19,504 bases of DNA from a virus. Lineage: Duplodnaviria; Heunggongvirae; Uroviricota; Caudoviricetes. The stretch spans positions 1 to 19,504 of IMG/VR virus record IMGVR_UViG_3300029746_000007; one strand, written 5' to 3'. The notes under the pieces are model-generated. The model made no database searches. It saw nothing but the letters and a program-made list of their open reading frames with translations, and was not told the origin of the DNA. Made by a program: the position numbers and the translations under genes. Shown piece by piece: positions 8,193-15,199 of this stretch; position 1 is the first letter of the stretch; every line of letters starts with the position of its first letter.

Positions 8193-8456
8193 TTACTTGA
8201 TTCCATTAACCATATCAGCATATTTATCCTCAATATAGATATGATTTCTGGTAATACCTACTCCAATATGAGCATAAATAGTTTTTAGATAATTCTTATT
8301 ACCTTTTTCTTTCTTTTTTCCGTCTTTATACTTTTCAATATCATAAAAACCACAAGAATGATATCCACCGATTGAACTATTGGTTCTAACATGAGTTCTT
8401 CCAATAATACCTTTTTCAATTAGGATGTCTAAATCATTTTTACTAATTTCTTTAAT
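8193..8456 (-). CDS. Unannotated 87-aa basic hypothetical protein with ATT start
   Basis: Open frame IKEISKNDLDILIEKGIIGRTHVRTNSSIGGYHSCGFYDIEKYKDGKKKEKGNKNYLKTIYAHIGVGITRNHIYIEDKYADMVNGIK* fills the gap between tRNA-Pro and the nuclease gene. SD GAAAGGAA is 9 nt upstream, and there is no in-frame ATG/GTG/TTG near the 5' end. Confidence 0.75.
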   Translation of the reverse strand: MKEISKNDLDILIEKGIIGRTHVRTNSSIGGYHSCGFYDIEKYKDGKKKEKGNKNYLKTIYAHIGVGITRNHIYIEDKYADMVNGIK

Positions 8457-8507
8457 AGTAATTCATTCCTTTCGTACATTTTTCTCTCCGGAATAGGAGA
8501 GGAGTAA

Positions 8508-8580
8508 TAGGAATAACACGACTCGAACGTGCGACCTCTTGATCCCAAATCAAGCGTTCTACCAACTGAACTATATCCCT
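8508..8580 (-). tRNA. tRNA-Pro(TGG), no encoded CCA
   Basis: AGGGATA-TA-GTTC AGTTGGTA GAAC-G-CTTGA TT TGG GA TCAAG-AGGTC-GCACG TTCGAGT CGTGT-TATTCCT-A forms a full cloverleaf. Confidence 0.93.
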
Positions 8581-8587
8581 AGACAAG

Positions 8588-8663
8588 TTGCTGAAGCCCC
8601 GGAATTGAACCGAGTTTTTACATGGTTATGAGCCACGCCAAGATCCAACCTTTACCACCAGCA
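8588..8663 (-). tRNA. tRNA(CAT)-like (Met/fMet/Ile2 class), atypical
   Basis: Anticodon arm CGTGG-CT CAT AA-CCATG; T arm CTCGG-TTCAATT-CCGGG; acceptor TGCTGG/TCAGCA with internal mismatch; D arm shortened (AAGG-TTGGA-TCTT). Confidence 0.7.
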
Positions 8664-8671
8664 TATGAAAA

Positions 8672-8739
8672 TTGGCAGTAGATGTTTTACCCACCGCCAA
8701 TATATTAATCTTAGTAGGGAGATGAAAAACATCCCCCTA
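8672..8739 (-). other. Two stem-loops 5' of the tRNA pair
   Basis: TAGGGGGATG/CATCTCCCTA and 13-bp ATTGGCGGTGGGT/ATCTACTGCCAAT; G-U pairs fit the minus strand. Confidence 0.5.
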
Positions 8740-8989
8740 TATTCTCCAACGAAGGAGTAATAATATACACGTGTCGCTTATTTGTATTCCGCATTTGCAA
8801 TAATAGCGGAGAGGATAGTTGTGTTGGTATTACGAAATTCGTACGCAAATTTACTCTTGAACATGTTAGACAAGCATCATTGCCCACTTTCTCCTCATAA
8901 GGGGGCATTGGCATATTACTGAAAAACGTTGAAAAATAGGCATATTTTATGTGTATTTTTTGTTCGCTATGTACAAAAAATGGGCATTT

Positions 8990-11602
8990 TTAACAGTTTT
9001 TTGAAAAACATTTTAGTAAATTTGCTGAATTTACTTCATATAATACTTTTAATAAAAGGGATTTATTCTTATTTAATGTTGAAAGAAGTTGTTTTTGAGT
9101 AGATTTTATATTTGGCGTTATAAGAAATGCACGATTAATCATCCATGAAAATAATCCTAGATAATTTTTTGATATTTTTATTTTTTGAATATCTGAAATC
9201 AAATTATCAAAATCTTTCCGCAATAACAAATAATCATTGTCTTCAGAATCTCTAGAATTCGTATCATAAAGACTTAAAGAATATTTTGTAATCAGATCTT
9301 CAACTTTTCTACATGTTCTAATATTATTTGACATTTCAAACTTGTTGAAAAAATGCGTCATTGGAAGAGTAGAAGTTGAATTATGGAACTCTGACAAATC
9401 TAAATTATATAAATAATTCATAGGACATTTTAGTTCTTCGTTTATATTGTCCTTTTTAAAATTCTTTTTGATAAGTAGCCAAAATGACGGATAAAGGTTT
9501 GTTTTTATATCTAAATCTTTTTGGATTCGTTTTATTTCATCTCCAAGATCAATATCAAAACGACGCTTGGCATTGTCTATTGCAACCTGAGCCAAAACAC
9601 TTAAAATACAAACATAATCTACATATTTCTCGTCATTGAAATTGCAAGAATATGTTCTGGCTATTTGTGCTAGATTACTAGACAACCCTATATCTAATTG
9701 TGAATTCGCAAGGTTATTATCAATCAATGCATATTCATCCATAGACCGATTATATTTTTTTGAATCTCTAGGAATGAGATTTACAATAGTAGGATGATCT
9801 GAATAACATTTTTTTGCATGTTGAACTATATCTGGTTGATTGGTTGTATATCCGCTATCAGAGTCCATATCCATCCCATTGTTTCTATCTTGGGCATCAG
9901 TTCCATTCATATTAATCGCAATACATTGTCTTCCTAAATTAAAATATTTATCTAACTTTTTATGATAAGTATTATGTAAGTACGTTAAATTATTTTGACT
10001 ATTAAACGGACTTCTGAAAAATGCAAGATGCTCACCACTGTTAAATCTCTCCGTATAACACTGAATTGTTCCAGGTTCTACAAAAAATGTGTCATCATTA
10101 TCAACAGAATCTTCCTCACCCGTTGCTGCATACAAGAGCATAGCATATGGAGAACCAACTACAACAAGATTTTCTGCATTTTGTATTAATTTTCCACTTT
10201 TCATATTTAATACATAATTTTCAATAATTTTTCTTTTTCTTCTTCTGAAATATGAACTTCTCAAGAAATCTCGATTCTGTTCACATAAAGCAATTAGGAC
10301 TTCGTAATCATTTGAAAAATTCTTATTTTTTTCAAGATACTTTAAGAATTCATCATTGTTCTGTTTAAGCATTTCAACATAATCAACACTTTCTTTAACT
10401 ACATTCTCCATAATAGATTCATCTAAACAGTTAACCATTTGATAGCTCATTCTTTGAACTTTCCCAAATTTACTTTCATGAGCCGTCTTGACAATTCCAA
10501 ACATACAATTATTCTCATAAACTTTTTCACACCAATACTCATAAGATATATCAAATTTTAACCACTTCATTGCATTGTCTGTAGTTATTAATTCTATATC
10601 TTTTACATAATGTTTATTCCCAAACATATCTTTGACGGTAGCAGAGTAATAGTCATCTCCAAAATAATCTTTAAAAAATTGTTGGATGTTCGTACTAAAT
10701 GCTGCCATTTTGCAAAAATGATGCCTCAATAAAACATAACCATTTCCCCATTCGGGAAAGATACTACTGTCTATAAGAGCTTGTCCATCGAATAGAGTAT
10801 TTTTTAATTTATAATTATCAATATGCTCCGCATAGCATTGCCGGTTCTTATCTGTTTTAACAGCAACAACTTTTGTATCGAAATAACGATCAACATCTTT
10901 TAATATTAAAATATTTTTAGGATTGATTTTTACCTTTCCGACTATTGCACTAGATATAAGAGGGGCATAGGCACTAATTTCTACAATAGGAGAATTCTTC
11001 TTTGGCAATTTAATACCCATGTATAAGAATTTTATAGCTTTTTTATATAACCTATCGCATATAAACATACAGGAACCTTTTTTTGCCTTTCCAGTGCTTC
11101 TATATAACATTTTGTAATGAATGGTTTCTCGTTTTATAATATCCCCATTCTTTTTTCTAGTTATATATTCCACATTTACACCGTCGTTATAAAAAATAGT
11201 GCGAATATCTTCTTTGGTATGCTTTAGATATTTTTCTTTATTCAATTGTGCTTCTCTAAATAATTGGGATAATTTTTGACGCTTATTTTTCTTTTTTTGA
11301 ATTTGCGTTTGATATTTAAAAGATTTAGCTAATTTATATTCTGTACGAGCTTTAATTGCGACTTTTTTTAGATGATTAATTTCTTCTTCATACGATCTTG
11401 ATCCAAAATTAAATTCTAAACAGATAATATCTCTAGTAGATTCTTCTTTCCATACTTTTAATCCGTTATCTTTTAGATAATCACTAAATAGACTGTTGGT
11501 AAACATTGCATCTTTGTATTCATAATGATCTCTGACACCATTGTTATATTCATACAAAGTGCTTGCTTCAATATTTTTTATTTTAATTCCAAATTCACTC
11601 AT
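8990..11602 (-). CDS. YonO-like single-subunit (two-barrel) DNA-dependent RNA polymerase
   Basis: 870 aa. Motifs RSTGKAK.GSCMF, LFDGQALID, LLRHHFCK, RMSYQMVNCL, FRSPFNS, catalytic NGMDMDSD (DxDSD form of DxDGD), IGLSSNLAQ and VAIDNAKR; SPbeta-like neighbourhood. Confidence 0.9.
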   Translation of the reverse strand: MSEFGIKIKNIEASTLYEYNNGVRDHYEYKDAMFTNSLFSDYLKDNGLKVWKEESTRDIICLEFNFGSRSYEEEINHLKKVAIKARTEYKLAKSFKYQTQIQKKKNKRQKLSQLFREAQLNKEKYLKHTKEDIRTIFYNDGVNVEYITRKKNGDIIKRETIHYKMLYRSTGKAKKGSCMFICDRLYKKAIKFLYMGIKLPKKNSPIVEISAYAPLISSAIVGKVKINPKNILILKDVDRYFDTKVVAVKTDKNRQCYAEHIDNYKLKNTLFDGQALIDSSIFPEWGNGYVLLRHHFCKMAAFSTNIQQFFKDYFGDDYYSATVKDMFGNKHYVKDIELITTDNAMKWLKFDISYEYWCEKVYENNCMFGIVKTAHESKFGKVQRMSYQMVNCLDESIMENVVKESVDYVEMLKQNNDEFLKYLEKNKNFSNDYEVLIALCEQNRDFLRSSYFRRRKRKIIENYVLNMKSGKLIQNAENLVVVGSPYAMLLYAATGEEDSVDNDDTFFVEPGTIQCYTERFNSGEHLAFFRSPFNSQNNLTYLHNTYHKKLDKYFNLGRQCIAINMNGTDAQDRNNGMDMDSDSGYTTNQPDIVQHAKKCYSDHPTIVNLIPRDSKKYNRSMDEYALIDNNLANSQLDIGLSSNLAQIARTYSCNFNDEKYVDYVCILSVLAQVAIDNAKRRFDIDLGDEIKRIQKDLDIKTNLYPSFWLLIKKNFKKDNINEELKCPMNYLYNLDLSEFHNSTSTLPMTHFFNKFEMSNNIRTCRKVEDLITKYSLSLYDTNSRDSEDNDYLLLRKDFDNLISDIQKIKISKNYLGLFSWMINRAFLITPNIKSTQKQLLSTLNKNKSLLLKVLYEVNSANLLKCFSKNC

Positions 11603-11620
11603 TTACTATCTAATCACCAC

Positions 11621-11824
11621 CTAGTTATATACTTGTTCCCAGAATTCTTCAGCAGAATCGAAACCGCCATAGTCCAAGGATTTTGCATATTTATCATTTA
11701 ATTCTTCATTTGTACGAGAATAGCATTCTTCTAATTCACTACAATTTTCACAATCTTTATCTACACATTTTGAATAGGTATCTCCATATTTGATTACTTC
11801 TAACTTTTCTTCTAAATTTTCCAT
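11621..11824 (-). CDS. 67-aa acidic Cys-cluster protein directly upstream of the RNAP gene
   Basis: ATG at 11824 follows SD GAGGAGGAG; contains CVDKDCENCSELEEC. The track's 134-aa extension overlaps the upstream gene. Confidence 0.78.
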   Translation of the reverse strand: MENLEEKLEVIKYGDTYSKCVDKDCENCSELEECYSRTNEELNDKYAKSLDYGGFDSAEEFWEQVYN

Positions 11825-11828
11825 ATCC

Positions 11829-12086
11829 TTACTCCTCCTCATATTTTTTACATCTTTCTTTATTAGCAGCTTCTTCCATATATAATTTCTCTTCACGCTT
11901 TCTATCTCTTTCAATCTGTTCAGCGATTCTAGAACCTTTATCTTGTCCAATAGAAATGGGGTAGTAGTCTGTGCAAAAATCATACTCCCGGATTTCTCCA
12001 CCATATCTCTTATGAAATTCTTCACGGCTTGGGATATGTAATGTGTTATGGTTCTGTGAGTTTACTGTTTCTGTTTCGTTTGTCAT
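11829..12086 (-). CDS. Hypothetical protein (85 aa)
   Basis: SD AAGGAG; tightly coupled to the next gene. Confidence 0.75.
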   Translation of the reverse strand: MTNETETVNSQNHNTLHIPSREEFHKRYGGEIREYDFCTDYYPISIGQDKGSRIAEQIERDRKREEKLYMEEAANKERCKKYEEE

Positions 12087-12292
12087 ATTTGTTGTTCTCC
12101 TTTTTGTTTATAAAATTATTCATCTCTGGTCATCCTTTCTTGATGTGAGATTAATTGTTTTAGCATCAACTATGAGAACGAAATGTAAATAGGTACGAAT
12201 CTTTTCTATTCCGTCTTTCATTCTCATACGTCATCCAAATGAGAGGTGTTGTTTTATAATGACATCTCTCTACTTATATATTCCCCATATAT

Positions 12293-13099
12293 TTATTTTG
12301 TTTTTGTATTTCTACCTTTCAATTTCCCAAAAGAATCTATATTATATGCTTTCAGCATCTTTTTAAGTGCCCATTCTATTTCTTTTTCGTATCCCTCCTG
12401 ATTCAAGACATAAATGTTTGGTAAATTTTTAGGTGGCTTATTTGGATCTTGTTGGATGCTTCCAACTTCTTTTTTTATAAGAAGTGGATTGATATCTCCA
12501 AATTGAGAAGTTAGATATTTAATACATTGTGTTATACTATCTTTTGATGTCTTTAAATCTTCAGCCATCGTTTTTAAGCTTCTGAAAAAAGCTTCCGGTT
12601 TTTCCTCTGGGTTATATAACACCTCTTCATTGTTAATTTTTGGTCTGAAGAATATGTAAGAATTGATATAGAGAAATGTCATTAATATATTCTCTTTATT
12701 GATACTAGATTCATTCATCATAATGAAATCTAATTGGGACGATGTGATTTTAGAAAAATTTTCTCTTGCTTCAAAATTATCTGGGATAACTTTTATTTCT
12801 ATTCCAGTATCATAACCAATAGAGTCTAAATCTTGTTTTACTACGATCATCTTGTTATTTATCATGTATTCAAGAACGTCTAATATTTCTTGAAAAGCTT
12901 TTGGTTTTCTTTTTGTGGTTTTATATCCATAAAATTCAAGAACCTTTCTGATAGTAATCCAGCTATAGTCCTCGTAGGATCTATATTTATCAATTAGAAT
13001 GTAAGTAATATAAAATTTTCTACTAACTCCAAATTTCGTTTTAATATCCCCCTGGATGTATTCATTTGGGAATCTAGTAAAGTATTCTGTTTTTTGCAA
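12293..13099 (-). CDS. Tandem winged-helix DNA-binding protein (replication-initiator-like or transcription regulator)
   Basis: Two related units (FTRFPN...ITYILI...ITIRKVLEFYG...ILDVLEYM and FSKIT...FLYIN...SLKTMAEDLKTSKDSITQCIKYL...NIYVLN); TTG start after SD AAGGAGG. The function is inferred. Confidence 0.7.
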   Translation of the reverse strand: MQKTEYFTRFPNEYIQGDIKTKFGVSRKFYITYILIDKYRSYEDYSWITIRKVLEFYGYKTTKRKPKAFQEILDVLEYMINNKMIVVKQDLDSIGYDTGIEIKVIPDNFEARENFSKITSSQLDFIMMNESSINKENILMTFLYINSYIFFRPKINNEEVLYNPEEKPEAFFRSLKTMAEDLKTSKDSITQCIKYLTSQFGDINPLLIKKEVGSIQQDPNKPPKNLPNIYVLNQEGYEKEIEWALKKMLKAYNIDSFGKLKGRNTKTK

Positions 13100-13126
13100 T
13101 GCAAACCTCCTTCATTTTTTACGTGA

Positions 13127-13207
13127 GTTCGGCAGACGTCACTTTTGGGTACGTCGGATTTCTAAAAATTGGAATTTTGACGTCACCTTTTGGTACGTCT
13201 GCCGAAC
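13127..13207. repeat. Nested direct/inverted repeats (candidate operator or iteron pair)
   Basis: 21-bp direct repeats GACGTCACTTTTGGGTACGTC (13135-13155) and GACGTCACCTTTTGGTACGTC (13179-13199); 13-bp inverted repeat GTTCGGCAGACGT/ACGTCTGCCGAAC. Confidence 0.85.
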
Positions 13208-13352
13208 CGAAACAAGATATATAACTATTTAAGAAGACAGACTAATACTCCGTAAATGAACTGTCGTCCATTTACTCCGTAATTTTTCATTCGATTGTTT
13301 ATGGTTGGATTGAAGATTAATAAATCAAACAATCTGTCTTCTTATCTATTCT

Positions 13353-14138
13353 CTATCCATGATTAGAAATAACATCACATTTTCTTTCTTCATATCCTTT
13401 TCTACATTCTTCCAAAAGATTATCTACCATTCTTTCAAATAACTTTCTGATTGTCTTATCATGCTCAATAGCATCCAATGTAAAACATGTCTCTAATTTA
13501 TTCTCGTAACAATAATCATCAGCGACTTGACGCAAATCATAATCTGGATACATATCATTGAATTATTTGTAGAGATATTTATATAATTCTCCATTTGATT
13601 CATATCCAAGATAATCCATTAATTCCTCATACTTCGGAAACATCTTAGAAGTCCAGTAAGAATATTTTCTTTTTGGTCTAGGTTGTTCTTCTATATTGTT
13701 AATCTTTTCATTGAGCAGATTTAATGTCTGTGCCATTGCAGCCTGTGTATTGGATAATGATGTAAGGATATCCGTGAATGCTTTCATATCTATATTCTGT
13801 GATGAGAGAATGTTGTTTCTATATGATTCAATGATATCCCATACCCAATCCATGAATTGATTCGCTTTCTTACTATTCGACCATCTACAGATTTCCATAA
13901 TCCCTCTTTCTGTGTAGTAGTAAACTTGATGACCTAATCCATCTGATAAACAAATGGACAAATTGTCCAATCGGTCTTCATGACGTTTATGAATTTTATA
14001 AATTGCGTTCATTGGATCTTTGTATTCTAATGCTTGTCCAATTTGTTCTCTTGTAAGCAACATGTCATCATTCATATTTCTATAGAAGTCACATGATACT
14101 GTACCAAAGGTTTCTGTTGTAATTAGTTTTAGTTTCAT
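13353..14138 (-). pseudogene. Bro-N domain (antirepressor-like) gene split by an in-frame TAA
   Basis: Bro-N pattern TREQIGQALEY.DP..AI.KIH.RH...YYTERGIMEICRWS.SKKANQFMDWVWDII. The 191-aa and 66-aa ORFs are in one frame (AAA TAA TTC AAT GAT ATG), and the second lacks an SD. Confidence 0.75.
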
Positions 14139-14484
14139 ATTTTTCTTATCCTTTCTTTCGTGTGTGTCTTGGTTTTATTTTCTAAGTTTGTGATTATATG
14201 AGTAAGTATTGATGATGAAGTAGTGCAATATAGTATTCTCTGCAAAGATAAATATTTGTTGTGCAATTTTCATTCTGTGATTTGTATTCCGGAATAGAAG
14301 GGTAGAGTTAATTTTTATTACCTATGTCTGTGGAGAAAATCTTAATGATTTGATGTTATTTTTAATTTTTATATACTTAATGTAAAGTTGGTATGGTATG
14401 GATATTTGGATTAAAATTGATGCCATTTATTAAGATTTGGTAGGCGGATATAGAATGATGTATTTTCGGATGATTTAATAGATA

Positions 14485-14516
14485 TGAAATAAGACAGACT
14501 TTATTGCCTGTCTTAT
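14485..14516 (-). terminator. Intrinsic terminator-like hairpin
   Basis: ATAAGACAGGC-AATAAA-GTCTGTCTTAT followed by TTC on the minus strand. Confidence 0.55.
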
Positions 14517-14689
14517 GTTGTGTCTGTTTTATTTTTCTATTGTGCAGCACATCATTCTTTACATGCTGTCTGTGGAGTATTTTTGAGCTGAGAGAGATTT
14601 AAGAGACTTTATGACAGTAGATAGTAAATTGGTAGGGTATGATAGTGGAATTGATTTTAGATGTCATTTTGTGCGATTTAAGTATCTGT

Positions 14690-15184
14690 TTATGCAATCG
14701 CCATATTTTCTGCGGGGATATCAAAAATATTTTTATCTGCATCTGAATCTTTTGTTGATAAGTGATTTGCCGGAAATCCTTGTTCATCTTTATTACAAAA
14801 CCCTTTTACTTTACCGGTTCCACGAATAGATAGAATTGATAATGCTTTTAGCCCGTACGTAGGATTGACATAGATTGTAATTGGTTTGTTTCTACATGGA
14901 ATGTTAATGGAACCGTGTAATATTTGCTACGTAGATGTTTGTATGTAAATATCTCTCGGTATTGTTTTATAAATGTCATATGTTCCGTAATTTGAATAGA
15001 TATATGCATTTGTACATCCAATGTTTAATGTGTGTCTGTCTGTTTCTGATTGATAGCGATTATATGAGCCTTGTGTATATTGGCAATCTGGTATATCTCC
15101 ATAACGTACTTGCTGGATATTGCCTGAAGGGTGGTTAGCCCATGATGGGAATTGGATTAAGATTTCTTCGTTTGTTAATCGCAT
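14690..15184 (-). pseudogene. Hypothetical ~164-aa gene interrupted by an in-frame TAG
   Basis: Strong SD AAGGAG before ATG 15184. After TAG (14927-14929) the same frame stays open 78 more codons to TAA at 14690-14692. Confidence 0.6.
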
Positions 15185-15199
15185 TTTGTATTTTCTCCT

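Noticed and set aside
8711..8914. 67-aa minus-strand ORF after the RNAP gene
   Set aside because: No SD; overlaps hairpins and the GAGAATA motif; atypical composition.
9995..10189. 64-aa plus-strand ORF
   Set aside because: Shadow of the RNAP gene.
11825..12025. Upstream half of the 134-aa ORF
   Set aside because: Overlaps the 85-aa gene out of frame; a strong SD marks ATG 11824.
14927..14929. Genome-wide TAG reassignment (genetic code 15)
   Set aside because: TAG ends other genes at sensible positions (6730, 11621, 13353), long genes such as the RNAP have no internal TAG, no suppressor tRNA is seen, and the other split gene uses TAA.
14599..15138. ORFs 14599..14787, 14611..14829 and 14935..15138
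   Set aside because: Alternative-frame or antisense overlaps of the better-supported 14690..15184 frame; no SD.
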